From the sequence record OP172785: a stretch of 64,000 bases of DNA; one strand, given 5' to 3'. Of the stretch, positions 1 to 11,130 are shown piece by piece. A model generated the notes under the pieces. That model made no database searches and had not been told where the DNA came from. It saw nothing but the letters and a program-made list of their open reading frames with translations. Within the stretch, counting starts at the first letter, position 1. The number at the start of each line of letters is the position of its first letter. The position numbers and the translations under genes are program-made. Origin of the DNA: Escherichia phage ECO07P2.

Positions 1-508
1 ATTGCTTAACATTTGGATATTTGTGAAGTTGAGTAAAGTCACCATCCGATGAAATGATTAAAATCTTATGTCCTTCTAAAGAGAACTTTTTAACAAGAAC
101 AGCAATATGGTCATCTGCTTCATACTTATCAATATCCATAACAATGTATGGCATATAAGCTTTCAATTCATCTATAACTTTATGACTGGATTCAAAATAA
201 CCTTCCCAATCCCAAGTAGATTCTTCTCGTGCTTTTCCACGGTTTTTCTTATAATAATAAGCGAAATCACGACGCCAGTATCCAGATTTCGCATTATCGA
301 TACACAGTACAATTTTAGTGTATCCAAGAGTTTTTGCTTTTTTGACATTAAACTTAATTGAGTTCAATATCAAATGACGAACCATTGATAAGTTAATTTT
401 TTCTTTATCTGGGAAGTTTACTAGAGCAGTCGAAAGTGCAATTTGACTAAAGTCAATTAAGCAGATTCCTTCTTTGTAATCTTCATCCAACATCATTTCT
501 AAATCCAT
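1..508 (-). CDS. rnh: RNase H (5' flap endonuclease), N-terminal part; CDS runs off the window start
   Basis: Minus-strand ATG at 508 translates MDLEMMLDEDYKEGICLIDFSQIALSTALVNF..., matching remembered T4 RNase H; no stop before position 1. Confidence 0.85.
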   Translation of the reverse strand, partial: MDLEMMLDEDYKEGICLIDFSQIALSTALVNFPDKEKINLSMVRHLILNSIKFNVKKAKTLGYTKIVLCIDNAKSGYWRRDFAYYYKKNRGKAREESTWDWEGYFESSHKVIDELKAYMPYIVMDIDKYEADDHIAVLVKKFSLEGHKILIISSDGDFTQLHKYPNVKQ

Positions 509-570
509 ATGAACCTCGTTCAATTAGTGAGATTTCTATTATATACCATCCGAATCTTAAAGTAAACAAG

Positions 571-578
571 TATAAATA
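571..578 (+). promoter_or_regulatory. late promoter TATAAATA upstream of gene 34
   Basis: Exact TATAAATA about 35 nt upstream of the gene 34 ATG; T4 late promoters are defined by this octamer (gp55-dependent). Confidence 0.7.
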
Positions 579-612
579 CTTATTATTGAAAACACAATAG
601 GAGCCCGGGAGA

Positions 613-3600
613 ATGGCCGAGATTAAAAGAAAGTTCAGAGCAGAAGATGGTCTGGACGCAGGTGGTGATAAAATAATCAACGTAGCTTTAGCTGATCGTA
701 CCGTAGGAACTGACGGTGTTAACGTTGATTACTTAATTCAAGAAAATACAGTTCAACAATACGATCCAACTCGTGGATATTTAAAAGATTTTGTAATCAT
801 TTATGATAACCGCTTTTGGGCTGCTATAAATGATATTCCAAAACCGGCAGGAGCTTTTAATAGCGGACGCTGGAGAGCATTACGTACCGATGCTAACTGG
901 ATTACAGTCTCATCTGGTTCATATCAATTAAAATCCGGTGAAGCTATTTCGGTTAACACTGCAGCTGGTAATGATATTACGTTTACTTTACCATCTTCCC
1001 CAATTGACGGTGATACTATCGTTCTCCAAGATATTGGAGGAAAACCTGGAGTTAACCAAGTTTTAATTGTAGCTCCAGTGCAAAGTATTGTAAACTTCAG
1101 AGGCGAACAAGTACGTTCAGTACTAATGACTCATCCAAAGTCACAGCTAGTTTTAATTTTTAGTAATCGTCTGTGGCAAATGTATGTAGCTGATTATAGT
1201 AGAGAAGCTGTAGTTGTAACACCAGCGAATACTTATCAAGCGCAATCTAACGATTTTATCGTACGTAGATTTACTTCTGCTGCACCGATTAATATTAAAC
1301 TTCCGAGATTTGCTAATCACGGCGATATTATTAATTTCGTCGATTTGGACAAATTAAATCCACTTTATCATACAATTGTTACGACATACGATGAAACTAC
1401 TTCAATACAAGAAGATGGAACTCATTCTATTGAAGGCCGCACATCGATTGACGGTTTCTTGATGTATGATGATAATGAAAAATTGTGGAGATTGTTTGAC
1501 GGGGACAGTAAAGCACGTTTACGCATTATAACGACTAATTCAAATATTCGTCCAAATGAAGAAGTTATGGTATTTGGTGCGAATAACGGAATGACTCAAA
1601 CAATTGAACTTCAGCTTCCAACTAATATTTCTGTTGGTGATACTGTTAAAATTTCCATGAATTACATGAGAAAAGGACAAACAGTTAAAATCAAAGCTGC
1701 AGGTGAAGATAAAATTGCTTCTTCAGTTCAATTGCTGCAATTCCCAAAACGTTCAGAATATCCGCCTGAAGCTGAATGGGTGACTGTTCAAGAATTAGTT
1801 TTTAACGGTGAAACTAATTATGTTCCAGTTTTACAACTTGCTTATATAGAAGATTCTGACGGAAAATACTGGGTAGTACAGCAAAACGTTCCAACCGTAG
1901 AAAGAGTCGATTCGTTAAATGATTCTACTAGAGCAAGATTAGGCGTGATTGCTTTAGCTACACAAGCTCAAGCTAATGCCGATTTAGAAAATTCTCCACA
2001 AAAAGAATTAGCAATTACTCCAGAAACATTAGCTAACCGTACTGCTACAGAAACTCGTAGAGGTATCGCAAGAATAGCAACTACTGCTCAAGTGAATCAG
2101 AACACTACATTCTCTTTTGCTGACGATATTATCATCACTCCTAAAAAGCTGAATGAAAGAACTGCCACAGAAACTCGTAGAGGTGTTGCTGAAATTGCTA
2201 CGCAGCAGGAAACTAATGCAGGTACTGATGATACTACAATCATCACTCCTAAAAAGCTTCAAGCTCGTCAAGGTTCTGAATCATTATCTGGTATTGTAAC
2301 ATTTGTATCTACTGCAGGAGCTACTCCAGCTTCTAGTCGTGAATTAAATGGTACAAACGTTTATAATAAAAACACTAATAATTTAGTTGTTTCGCCTAAA
2401 GCTCTGGATCAGTATAAAGCTACTCCAACACAACAAGGCGCAGTAATTTTAGCAGTTGAAAGTGAAGTAATTGCTGGAAAAAGTCAAGAAGGATGGGCAA
2501 ATGCGGTTGTAACGCCAGAAACGTTACATAAAAAGACATCAACTGATGGAAGAATTGGTTTAATTGAAATTGCTACGCAAAGTGAAGTTAATACGGGAAC
2601 TGATTATACTCGTGCAGTCACTCCTAAAACTTTAAATGACCGTATAGCAACTGAAAGTTTAAGTGGTATAGCTGAAATTGCTACACAAGTTGAATTCGAC
2701 GCAGGCGTCGACGATACTCGTATCTCTACACCATTAAAAATTAAAACTAGATTTAATAGTACTGATCGTACTTCTGTTGTTGCTCTATCTGGATTAGTTG
2801 AATCAGGAACTCTCTGGGACCATTATACCCTTAATATTCTTGAAGCAAATGAGACACAGCGTGGTACACTTCGTGTAGCTACACAAGTTGAAGCTGCTGC
2901 AGGAACATTGGATAATGTTTTAATAACTCCTAAAAAGCTTTTAGGTACTAAATCTACTGAAGCACAGGAAGGTGTTATTAAAGTTGCAACTCAGTCTGAA
3001 ACTGTGACTGGAACGTCAGCAAATACTGCTGTATCTCCAAAAAATTTAAAATGGATTGTGCAGAGTGAACCTACTTGGGCAGCTACTACTGCGATAAGAG
3101 GTTTTGTTAAAATGTCTGAAGGCGCAATTACTTTTGTCGGTAATGCAACTGCAGGTTCGACCCAGGCTCTTGACCTGTACGAGAAAAATAGCTATGCTAT
3201 CTCTCCGTACGAGTTAAACAAAACTCTTGGTAACTTCCTGCCGCGTTTGGCTAAAGCAGCAGACTCGGATAAACTGGATAACCTGGATAGTACACAGTTT
3301 ATTCGTCGTGATGTAGCCCAGGATATTAATGCTACTATGACATTTAAACAGCCTGCAAGAATTGAAAGTACTTTAACCGCTACAGGTGTGGTTAATTTGA
3401 GTGGTTCTGTTACTTCAAATAATACCACATTAACCGGTGCTACTGCAATCAATAGCAATTCTACTGTAGGTGCTCAGAATTACATTGAGTTCACTTCACT
3501 TTCGCAAGGCTCGGGTACTTGGACCTCTCAACATGATAGCAATGTTAAAGCTCCTGTATTTTTAAATATAACTACTCTAGCTGGCGCATCTAGATACGTT

Positions 3601-4458
3601 CCTTTAATTAAGCAACGTTATAAAGATGGAACATTTACCTTTGGTACATTGACAAATGAACCTACCTCAAATGATGAAGGTGCTTTTATTCTTCATTATA
3701 TAGATGCAGTAAAAACCCAGCGCAAATGGTCCTTTAGACGGAACGGTGATTTAGAAATATCGGCAGGTAATTTCGTTCTTGGTAATGGGACTGCTGTAAT
3801 TAATGGCGGGCTTAATGTTACTAAAGCTTCAGGTATTACAACCACCAGTCTAGTTGCTAATAGCGAATCTAGATTCGAAGGTGCCGTTACTATTAACAAC
3901 TTCCTTACGGTAAGCAACAAAGCTACCATTAACAACGGCTTAGATGTTCAGAAATATGCAAGGGTTACAGGAGATAAGACTTCTGACATCTATAGCAGAA
4001 AACCTACAATGGATAATGTTGGTTTTTGGTCTATAGACATCAACGATTCAGCCACTTATAACCAGTTCCCAGGTTATTTTAAAATGGTTGAAAAAACTAA
4101 TGAAGTGACTGGACTTCCATACTTAGAACGTGGTGAAGAAGTTAAATCTCCTGGTACATTGACTCAGTTTGGTAACACACTTGATTCGCTTTACCAAGAT
4201 TGGATTACTTATCCAACGACTCCAGAAGCACGTACCACTCGCTGGACGCGTACATGGCAGAAAACCAAAAACTCTTGGTCGAGTTTTGTTCAGGTATTTG
4301 ATGGAGGTAACCCTCCTCAGCCGTCTGATATCGGTGCTTTACCATCTGATAATGCTACAATGGGGAATCTTACTATTCGTGATTTCTTACGAATTGGTAA
4401 TGTTCGCATTGTTCCTGACCCAGTGAATAAATCTGTTAAATTTGAATGGATTGAATAG
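613..4458 (+). CDS. 34: long tail fibre proximal subunit gp34
   Basis: 1281 aa ORF (T4 gp34 about 1289 aa), position after rnh, repeated fibre shaft motifs (TPKKL, ATQ..., RGVAEIATQ). Confidence 0.9.
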   Translation: MAEIKRKFRAEDGLDAGGDKIINVALADRTVGTDGVNVDYLIQENTVQQYDPTRGYLKDFVIIYDNRFWAAINDIPKPAGAFNSGRWRALRTDANWITVSSGSYQLKSGEAISVNTAAGNDITFTLPSSPIDGDTIVLQDIGGKPGVNQVLIVAPVQSIVNFRGEQVRSVLMTHPKSQLVLIFSNRLWQMYVADYSREAVVVTPANTYQAQSNDFIVRRFTSAAPINIKLPRFANHGDIINFVDLDKLNPLYHTIVTTYDETTSIQEDGTHSIEGRTSIDGFLMYDDNEKLWRLFDGDSKARLRIITTNSNIRPNEEVMVFGANNGMTQTIELQLPTNISVGDTVKISMNYMRKGQTVKIKAAGEDKIASSVQLLQFPKRSEYPPEAEWVTVQELVFNGETNYVPVLQLAYIEDSDGKYWVVQQNVPTVERVDSLNDSTRARLGVIALATQAQANADLENSPQKELAITPETLANRTATETRRGIARIATTAQVNQNTTFSFADDIIITPKKLNERTATETRRGVAEIATQQETNAGTDDTTIITPKKLQARQGSESLSGIVTFVSTAGATPASSRELNGTNVYNKNTNNLVVSPKALDQYKATPTQQGAVILAVESEVIAGKSQEGWANAVVTPETLHKKTSTDGRIGLIEIATQSEVNTGTDYTRAVTPKTLNDRIATESLSGIAEIATQVEFDAGVDDTRISTPLKIKTRFNSTDRTSVVALSGLVESGTLWDHYTLNILEANETQRGTLRVATQVEAAAGTLDNVLITPKKLLGTKSTEAQEGVIKVATQSETVTGTSANTAVSPKNLKWIVQSEPTWAATTAIRGFVKMSEGAITFVGNATAGSTQALDLYEKNSYAISPYELNKTLGNFLPRLAKAADSDKLDNLDSTQFIRRDVAQDINATMTFKQPARIESTLTATGVVNLSGSVTSNNTTLTGATAINSNSTVGAQNYIEFTSLSQGSGTWTSQHDSNVKAPVFLNITTLAGASRYVPLIKQRYKDGTFTFGTLTNEPTSNDEGAFILHYIDAVKTQRKWSFRRNGDLEISAGNFVLGNGTAVINGGLNVTKASGITTTSLVANSESRFEGAVTINNFLTVSNKATINNGLDVQKYARVTGDKTSDIYSRKPTMDNVGFWSIDINDSATYNQFPGYFKMVEKTNEVTGLPYLERGEEVKSPGTLTQFGNTLDSLYQDWITYPTTPEARTTRWTRTWQKTKNSWSSFVQVFDGGNPPQPSDIGALPSDNATMGNLTIRDFLRIGNVRIVPDPVNKSVKFEWIE

Positions 4459-4466
4459 GAGGTATT

Positions 4467-5582
4467 ATGGAAAAATTTATGGCAGAGTTTGGACAAGGAT
4501 ATGTCCAAACGCCATTTTTATCGGAAAGTAATTCAGTAAGATACAAAATAAGCATAGCGGGTTCTTGCCCGCTTTCTACAGCAGGACCGTATGTTAAATT
4601 TCAAGATAATCCTGTTGGAAGCCAAACATTTAGCGCAGGACTTCATTTAAGAGTTTTTGACCCTTCCACCGGAGCATTAGTTGATAGTAAGTCATATGCT
4701 TTTTCGACTTCAAATGACACTACATCAGCTGCCTTTGTTAGCTTCATGAATTCTTTGACGAATAATAGACTTGTTGCTATATTAACTAACGGAAAGGTTA
4801 ATTTTCCTCCTGAAGTAGTATCTTGGTTAAGAACCGCCGGAACGTCTGCTTTTCCATCTGACTCTATATTGTCAAGATTCGACGTATCATATGCTGCTTT
4901 TTATACTTCTTCTAAAAGAGCTATTGCATTAGAGCATGTTAAATTAAGTAATAGAAAAAGCACAGATGACTATCAAACTATTTTAGATGTTGTATTTGAT
5001 AGTTTAGAAGACGTTGGAGCTACGGGATTTCCTAAAAGAACATATGAAAGTGTCGAGCAATTCATGTCAGCGGTCGGTGGAACCAATAACGAAATTGCAC
5101 GTTTTCCAACTTCATCCGCGATAAGTAAACTCTCTGATTATAATTTAGTTCCTGGTGATGTTCTTTATCTTAAAGCTCAGTTATATGCTGATGCGGATTT
5201 ACTTGCGCTTGGAACCACAAATATATCCATCCGTTTTTATAATGCATCTAATGGATATATTTCTTCAACACAAGCTGAGTTCACCGGACAAGCTGGGTCT
5301 TGGGAATTAAAGGAAGATTATGTAGTTGTTCCAGAAAACGCTGTGGGATTTACGATATACGCACAAAGAACTGCACAAGCTGGTCAAGGTGGCATGAGAA
5401 ATTTAAGCTTTTCTGAAGTGTCAAGAAATGGAGGTATTTCGAAACCTGCTGAATTTGGCGTCAATGGCATTCGTGTTAATTATATCTGTGAATCTGCTTC
5501 ACCTCCGGATATAATGGTACTTCCTACACAAGCATCGTCTAAAACTGGTAAAGTGTTTGGGCAAGAATTTAGAGAAGTTTAA
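4467..5582 (+). CDS. 35: long tail fibre hinge connector gp35
   Basis: 371 aa, GGAGG RBS 8 nt upstream, synteny 34-35-36-37. Confidence 0.85.
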   Translation: MEKFMAEFGQGYVQTPFLSESNSVRYKISIAGSCPLSTAGPYVKFQDNPVGSQTFSAGLHLRVFDPSTGALVDSKSYAFSTSNDTTSAAFVSFMNSLTNNRLVAILTNGKVNFPPEVVSWLRTAGTSAFPSDSILSRFDVSYAAFYTSSKRAIALEHVKLSNRKSTDDYQTILDVVFDSLEDVGATGFPKRTYESVEQFMSAVGGTNNEIARFPTSSAISKLSDYNLVPGDVLYLKAQLYADADLLALGTTNISIRFYNASNGYISSTQAEFTGQAGSWELKEDYVVVPENAVGFTIYAQRTAQAGQGGMRNLSFSEVSRNGGISKPAEFGVNGIRVNYICESASPPDIMVLPTQASSKTGKVFGQEFREV

Positions 5583-5585
5583 ACT

Positions 5586-5612
5586 GAGGGAGCCTTCGGG
5601 TTCCCCTTTTCT
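5586..5612 (+). terminator. hairpin plus T-run after gene 35
   Basis: GGGAGCC-TTCG-GGTTCCC stem-loop followed by TTTTCTTT. Confidence 0.45.
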
Positions 5613-5613
5613 T

Positions 5614-5621
5614 TATAAATA
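5614..5621 (+). promoter_or_regulatory. late promoter TATAAATA upstream of gene 36
   Basis: Exact TATAAATA 24 nt upstream of the gene 36 ATG. Confidence 0.65.
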
Positions 5622-5644
5622 CTATTAAAATAAAGGGGCATACA

Positions 5645-6310
5645 ATGGCTGATTTAAAAGTAGGTTCAACAACTGGAGGCTCTGTTATTTGGCATCAAGG
5701 AAATTTTCCATTGAATCCAGCCGGTGACGATGTACTCTATAAATCATTTAAAATATATTCAGAATATAATAAACCACAAGCTGCAGATAACGATTTCGTT
5801 TCTAAAGCTAATGGTGGTACTTATGCATCAAAGGTAACATTTAACGGCGGTGTTCAAGTCCCATATGCTGTAAACAACACAAACCCATGCGGTATTTATC
5901 CAGGTAATGGTGATAATGCTACTTTTGCTGTAACAAATATCGATATTGTTTCGTGGAATGGTATTGGTTTTAAATCATCACAAGGTTCAGCAGACCGAAC
6001 TGTTGTAATTAATGCACGTAATGGTGATATTAGTACAAAAGGCATTGTGATAGCAGTAGGTCAAGTAAAAAGTAACGCAGCTGCTCCTATAGAAGCTCGT
6101 GATCTTACTAGAAAGGACTACGTCGATGGAGCAATAAATACTGTTACGGCAAATGCGAACTCTAGAGTGTTACGATCTGGCGACACTATGACAGGTAACT
6201 TAACTGCGCCAAACTTTTTCTCACAGAATCCCGCATCTCAACCTTCACATGTTCCACGATTTGACCAAATCGTAATTAAGGATTCTGTTCAAGATTTCGG
6301 CTATTATTAA
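5645..6310 (+). CDS. 36: long tail fibre distal connector gp36
   Basis: 221 aa (T4 gp36 221 aa), synteny. Confidence 0.85.
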   Translation: MADLKVGSTTGGSVIWHQGNFPLNPAGDDVLYKSFKIYSEYNKPQAADNDFVSKANGGTYASKVTFNGGVQVPYAVNNTNPCGIYPGNGDNATFAVTNIDIVSWNGIGFKSSQGSADRTVVINARNGDISTKGIVIAVGQVKSNAAAPIEARDLTRKDYVDGAINTVTANANSRVLRSGDTMTGNLTAPNFFSQNPASQPSHVPRFDQIVIKDSVQDFGYY

Positions 6311-6318
6311 GAGGACTT

Positions 6319-9300
6319 ATGGCTACTTTAAAACAAATACAATTTAAAAGAAGCAAAACCGCAGGTGCTCGTCCTGCTGCTTCAGTATTAGCCGAAGGTG
6401 AATTGGCTATAAACTTAAAAGATAGAACAATTTTTACTAAAGACGATTTAGGAAATATCATTGATCTGGGTTTTGCTAAAGGCGGGCAAGTTGATGGAAA
6501 TGTGACTATCAATGGTCTTTTGAAATTAAACGGCGATTATGTACAAACTGGTGGAATGACCGTAAATGGACCTATTGGTTCTACTGAAGGCATAACTGCA
6601 AAAGTTTTCAGATCTACACAAGGTTCATTTTATACAAGAGCCTCAAATGATACTTCCAATGCCCATCTTTGGTTTGAAAATGCCGATGGCATTGAACGAG
6701 GCGTTATATATGCTCGTCCTCAAACTACAACTGACGGTGAAATACGTCTTAGAGTTAGACAAGGAACCGGAAGCACTATTAATAGCGAATTCTATTTCCG
6801 TTCTATAAACGGCGGCGAATTTCAAGCCAACCGTATTTTAGCATCAGATTCGTTAGTAACTAAACGCATTGCGGTTGATACTGTTATTCACGATGCCAAA
6901 GCCTTTGGGCAATATGATTCTCAATCTTTGGTTAACTATGTTTATCCTGGAACCGGTGAAACAAACGGTATAAACTATCTTCGTAAAGTTCGCGCTAAAG
7001 CTGCCGGAACCATGTGGCATGAAATCTGTACAGCTCAGACTGGCCAAGCAGATGAAATGTCTTGGTGGACGGGTAATACTCCATCATCTAAACAATATGG
7101 TATTCGTAACGACGGCCGAATGGCTGGGCGTAATAGCCTTGCATTAGGTACATTCACTGCAGATTTCCCGTCTAGTGATTATGGTAACGTCGGTGTAATG
7201 GGCGATAAGTATCTTGTTCTCGGTGACACTGTAACTGGCTTGTCATACAAAAAAACTGGTGTATTTGATCTAGTTGGCGGTGGATATTCTGTTGCTTCTA
7301 TTACTCCTGATAGTTTCCGTAGTACTCGCAAAGGTTTATTTGGACGTTCAGAAGACCAAGGCGCTACATGGAACATGCCTGGAAACAACGCCGCGCTTTT
7401 ATCGGTTCAAACACAAGCTGATGGAAACACTGCTGGTGACGGTCAAACCCACATTGGATATAATTCTGGCGGTAAAATGAACCATTATTTCCGTGGTACA
7501 GGTCAGATGAATATCAATACCCAGCAAGGTACGGAAATTAACCCGGGTATTTTGAAATTAGTAACTGGCTCTAATAACGTACAATTTTATGCTGACGGCA
7601 CTATTTCTTCTATCCAACCTGTTAAATTAGACAACGAATTATTTTTAAATAATTCTAATAATACTGCGGGCATTAAATTTGGCGCCCCTAGCAAAGTTGA
7701 TGGCTCGAGAACTATCCAATGGAATGCCGGGACCCGTGCAGGACAAAATAAAAATTATCTGATTATGAAAGCTTGGGGTAATGCATTCGACTCCACTGCC
7801 GGTAATCGCGAAACTGTATTTGAATTATACGATGGTCAGGGCTATCATTTTTATTCTCAACGTTTAGCTCCAACGGGTTCTGAAACTGTCGGTGCTCTTC
7901 AATTTAGAATTTCCGGCGCTTTACGTGTGGGTGGTGGTATTATATCAGCTGGTTCTATTGTTAGTGAATCAAGTTTAGTTGCAAATAATGGATTGTCTAT
8001 AAACGGCCAAGCTAAATTCGGTGGAACTGCAGATGCATTGAGAATTTGGAATGCTGAATATGGTGCTATTTTCCGTCGTTCAGAAACAGCATTGCACATT
8101 ATTCCTACTCTTAAAGACCAAGGAGAAAATGGTGAAATAGGTAATCTTCGTCCATTGAGCATCGCACTTCATAACGGTATGGTGCAAATGCGTCATTCCG
8201 TCACGTTAGGTGATGATGGTGCAGGCGGTAATATGGTTACTGTTGATAATGATAGTAAACTTGTTGTTGTTACTAGTAATAGTCGCATTTCTCCTAATTA
8301 TAATATGCAATTAGGACAAAATGCTTATATAGATATTCAGGCTTCTGACGGCGTTCGTCCAGCAGGGTGTGGTTCATTTGCATCCCAGAATGACGTAAAC
8401 GTCAGAGCTCCAATTTATATGAATATAGAGCGTACTGCTACTTCTGAATACATTCCTATTATTAAACAACGGTATGTAAAGGGTGATAGCACTTATTCTA
8501 TTGGCACCTTAATTGCCCAAGGAGACTTCCGTGTCCATTATCACCAAGGTACTAGTACTACCGGAACCGATATAAGTTGGGAATTCCGTCGTACCGGTGA
8601 CTTCCGCTTACCTGGTAAAATTATTGTAGGCAACACAACTTTAGGAACTGATGGTAATATCACCGGTGGCTCTGGTAACTTTGCTAACTTAAACAGTACG
8701 ATTGAATCACTTAAAACTGATATTGTTTCAAGTTATCCTATTGGAGCTCCAATTCCATGGCCAACGGATACTCCTCCTGACGGTTACGCTATTATGGAAG
8801 GTCAGACTTTTGATAAGTCTGCATATCCTAAGCTCGCTATCGCATATCCTACAGGTACTATTCCTGATATGCGTGGACAAACTATCAAGGGTAAACCAAG
8901 TGGTCGTGCTGTTTTGAGCGCAGAAGCAGATGGTGTTAAGGCTCATAGTCATAGTGCAAGTGCATCAAGCACAGATTTAGGTACTAAAACCACATCAAGC
9001 TTTGACTATGGTACTAAGACGACAAGTAGTTTCGACTATGGTACTAAGACCAGTAATAATACTGGTGCTCATACGCATAGTTTGAGCGGTTCCACAAACA
9101 CCGCCGGTGCGCACAGCCACACAAGCGCTCTTTATGCGGGCGATAGAGACTCTCCTGGTGGTAGTTCTGCAAGAGGATCCGCCGGTGGTGGTAATACGCT
9201 TGGAACTTCTTCTTCTGGGGCACATTCGCACTCTATATCTGGTACTGCTGCAAGCGCAGGCGCTCACGCACATACTGTTGGTATTGGTGCTCATACCCAT

Positions 9301-9435
9301 ACAGTTGGTATTGGTGCCCATACTCACTCTGTTGCGATTGGTTCGCATGATCATACTATCACTGTAAATAGTACAGGTAATACAGAAAACACGGTTAAAA
9401 ACATTGCTTTTAACTATATCGTTCGTTTAGCATAA
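6319..9435 (+). CDS. 37: long tail fibre distal subunit gp37 (receptor-binding tip with His-box repeats)
   Basis: 1038 aa; C-terminus carries HxH repeats ([33 protein letters not shown]) and ends [11 protein letters not shown] as in T4 gp37. Confidence 0.9.
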   Translation: MATLKQIQFKRSKTAGARPAASVLAEGELAINLKDRTIFTKDDLGNIIDLGFAKGGQVDGNVTINGLLKLNGDYVQTGGMTVNGPIGSTEGITAKVFRSTQGSFYTRASNDTSNAHLWFENADGIERGVIYARPQTTTDGEIRLRVRQGTGSTINSEFYFRSINGGEFQANRILASDSLVTKRIAVDTVIHDAKAFGQYDSQSLVNYVYPGTGETNGINYLRKVRAKAAGTMWHEICTAQTGQADEMSWWTGNTPSSKQYGIRNDGRMAGRNSLALGTFTADFPSSDYGNVGVMGDKYLVLGDTVTGLSYKKTGVFDLVGGGYSVASITPDSFRSTRKGLFGRSEDQGATWNMPGNNAALLSVQTQADGNTAGDGQTHIGYNSGGKMNHYFRGTGQMNINTQQGTEINPGILKLVTGSNNVQFYADGTISSIQPVKLDNELFLNNSNNTAGIKFGAPSKVDGSRTIQWNAGTRAGQNKNYLIMKAWGNAFDSTAGNRETVFELYDGQGYHFYSQRLAPTGSETVGALQFRISGALRVGGGIISAGSIVSESSLVANNGLSINGQAKFGGTADALRIWNAEYGAIFRRSETALHIIPTLKDQGENGEIGNLRPLSIALHNGMVQMRHSVTLGDDGAGGNMVTVDNDSKLVVVTSNSRISPNYNMQLGQNAYIDIQASDGVRPAGCGSFASQNDVNVRAPIYMNIERTATSEYIPIIKQRYVKGDSTYSIGTLIAQGDFRVHYHQGTSTTGTDISWEFRRTGDFRLPGKIIVGNTTLGTDGNITGGSGNFANLNSTIESLKTDIVSSYPIGAPIPWPTDTPPDGYAIMEGQTFDKSAYPKLAIAYPTGTIPDMRGQTIKGKPSGRAVLSAEADGVKAHSHSASASSTDLGTKTTSSFDYGTKTTSSFDYGTKTSNNTGAHTHSLSGSTNTAGAHSHTSALYAGDRDSPGGSSARGSAGGGNTLGTSSSGAHSHSISGTAASAGAHAHTVGIGAHTHTVGIGAHTHSVAIGSHDHTITVNSTGNTENTVKNIAFNYIVRLA

Positions 9436-9465
9436 GGAGAGGGGCTTCGGCCCCTTCTAAATATG
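9434..9465 (+). promoter_or_regulatory. structured translation initiation region of gene 38 (SD, UUCG hairpin, AUG)
   Basis: AAGGAG then GGGGC-TTCG-GCCCC hairpin then ATG; the hairpin shortens an otherwise roughly 22 nt SD-AUG distance. Confidence 0.5.
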
Positions 9466-10014
9466 AAAATATATCATTATTATTTTGACACTAAAGAATT
9501 TTACAAAGAAGAAAATTACAAACCGGTTAAAGGTCTTGGTCTTCCCGCTCATTCAACAATTAAAAAACCTTTAGAACCTAAAGAAGGATACGCAGTTGTA
9601 TTTGATGAACGTATTCAGGATTGGATTTATGAAGAAGACCATCGCGGTAAACGGGCTTGGACTTTTAATAAAGAAGAAATCTTAATAACTGACATAGGAA
9701 GCCCGGTTGGTATAACTTTTGATGAACCCGGCGAATTTGATATATGGACTGATGATGGTTGGAAAGAAGACGAAACATATAAACGCGTTTTAATTCGTAA
9801 TAGAAAAATTGAAGAATTATATAAAGAATTCCAAGTATTGAATAATATGATCGAAGCTTCAGTTGCAAATAAAAAGGAAAAATTCTATTATCAAAACCTT
9901 AAACGGTTCTTTGCTCTTTTAGAAAAGCATGAGCATTTAGGTGGTGAATTTCCTAAATGGCCTGAAAAAGAACGGAAGCCTTGGTATAAGCGTTTATTCA
10001 GGAATTACGTATAA
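9463..10014 (+). CDS. 38: tail fibre assembly chaperone gp38 (T4 type, not T2-type adhesin)
   Basis: 183 aa, MKIYHYYFDTKEFYKEENYKPVKGLGLPAHS... matches remembered T4 gp38. Confidence 0.85.
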   Translation: MKIYHYYFDTKEFYKEENYKPVKGLGLPAHSTIKKPLEPKEGYAVVFDERIQDWIYEEDHRGKRAWTFNKEEILITDIGSPVGITFDEPGEFDIWTDDGWKEDETYKRVLIRNRKIEELYKEFQVLNNMIEASVANKKEKFYYQNLKRFFALLEKHEHLGGEFPKWPEKERKPWYKRLFRNYV

Positions 10015-10017
10015 ATA
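10010..10017 (+). promoter_or_regulatory. late promoter TATAAATA upstream of holin t
   Basis: Exact TATAAATA 19 nt upstream of the t ATG, overlapping the 3' end of gene 38. Confidence 0.65.
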
Positions 10018-10035
10018 TCCTTAAAAGGAGGGTCT

Positions 10036-10692
10036 ATGGCAGCACCTAGAATATCATTTTCGCCCTCTGATATTCTGTTGGGTGTTCTAGATCGCTTGTT
10101 CAAAGATAACGCTACCGGGAAGGTTCTTGCTTCCCGGGTAGCTGTCGTAATTCTTTTATTTATGATGGCGATTGTTTGGTATAGGGGAGATAGTTTCTTT
10201 GAGTACTATAAGCAATCAAAGTATGAAACATACCGTGAAATTATTGAAAAGGAAAGAAATGCACGCTTTGAATCTGTCGCCCTGGAACAACTCCAGATAG
10301 TTCATATATCATCTGAGGCAGACTTTAGTGCGGTGTATTCTTTCCGCCCTAAAAACTTAAACTATTTTGTTGATATTATAGCATATGAAGGAAAATTACC
10401 TTCAACAATAAGTGAAAAATCACTTGGAGGATATCCTGTTGATAAAACTATGGATGAATATACAGTTCATTTAAATGGACGTCATTATTATTCCAACTCA
10501 AAATTTGCTTTTTTACCAACTAAAAAGCCTACTCCCGAAATAAATTACATGTACAGTTGTCCATATTTTAATTTGGATAACATCTATGCTGGAACAATAA
10601 CCATGTACTGGTATAGAAATGATCATATAAGTAATGACCGCCTTGAATCAATATGTTCTCAGGCGGCCAGAATATTAGGAAGGGCTAAATAA
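10036..10692 (+). CDS. t: holin T
   Basis: 218 aa, N-terminal TM segment VAVVILLFMMAIVWY, large C-terminal domain; length and position as T4 t. Confidence 0.9.
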   Translation: MAAPRISFSPSDILLGVLDRLFKDNATGKVLASRVAVVILLFMMAIVWYRGDSFFEYYKQSKYETYREIIEKERNARFESVALEQLQIVHISSEADFSAVYSFRPKNLNYFVDIIAYEGKLPSTISEKSLGGYPVDKTMDEYTVHLNGRHYYSNSKFAFLPTKKPTPEINYMYSCPYFNLDNIYAGTITMYWYRNDHISNDRLESICSQAARILGRAK

Positions 10693-10965
10693 TTATTTGT
10701 TCGTATACATCTCTAGATATCGATATACACTCTCAAAACCCTCGTTGAATTCGTCGATGAGGGTTTTCTTATCTTCTTGGGTTAATTCAGAAACAATTTT
10801 ACGGAATGAATTCTGATTTAACTTTCTACCTTCATGCGTTACTCCAATCTCATTCAGAAATGCAATAAAATTAGCACGATTCTCAACAATATCTTCTCTG
10901 GAAAATTTAATCAAAATAGACGCAACAGTAATAATTTCACGAACTGTATCAATGTTTTTATTCAT
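10693..10965 (-). CDS. asiA: anti-sigma70 factor AsiA
   Basis: 90 aa MNKNIDTVREIITVASILIKFSREDIVENRANFIAFLNEIGVTHEG... matches remembered T4 AsiA. Confidence 0.9.
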   Translation of the reverse strand: MNKNIDTVREIITVASILIKFSREDIVENRANFIAFLNEIGVTHEGRKLNQNSFRKIVSELTQEDKKTLIDEFNEGFESVYRYLEMYTNK

Positions 10966-10977
10966 TAACTATACCAC

Positions 10978-11130
10978 TCAATTAGTTGACTTTATTATAA
11001 TATCATCAGACGTTTGATTTGTAAAATGGTCTGTGTTATTTTCTTCAAAAATTTTTTCTACGAATTCCTTGAACGACTCACGTTCCTGAGCTACATTATG
11101 CTCGATTACCTTTTCAAGATTATGACTCAT
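10978..11130 (-). CDS. hypothetical small protein (50 aa)
   Basis: ATG overlaps arn stop (ATGA); below the ORF-track length cutoff; read by hand. Confidence 0.4.
   Translation of the reverse strand: MSHNLEKVIEHNVAQERESFKEFVEKIFEENNTDHFTNQTSDDIIIKSTN

Noticed and set aside
107-361. 84 aa plus-strand ORF
   Set aside because: Lies antisense inside the rnh coding region, which is clearly read on the minus strand
2029-2271. Antisense ORFs inside gene 34 (also 3192..3458, 3696..3935, 4317..4508)
   Set aside because: Low-complexity frame artefacts opposite a well-supported long CDS
4169-4426. 85 aa alternative-frame ORF inside the 3' end of gene 34; considered as a possible origin-associated gene
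   Set aside because: No RBS, promoter or iteron-like repeats seen; cannot be supported from sequence
8995-9354. Cys/Thr/Arg-rich antisense ORF and 9107..9367 plus-frame ORF
   Set aside because: Reverse or shifted-frame shadows of the gp37 His-box repeats
8940-9360. Possible CRISPR-like repeat array
   Set aside because: Repeats are in-frame coding repeats within gp37, with no spacer architecture
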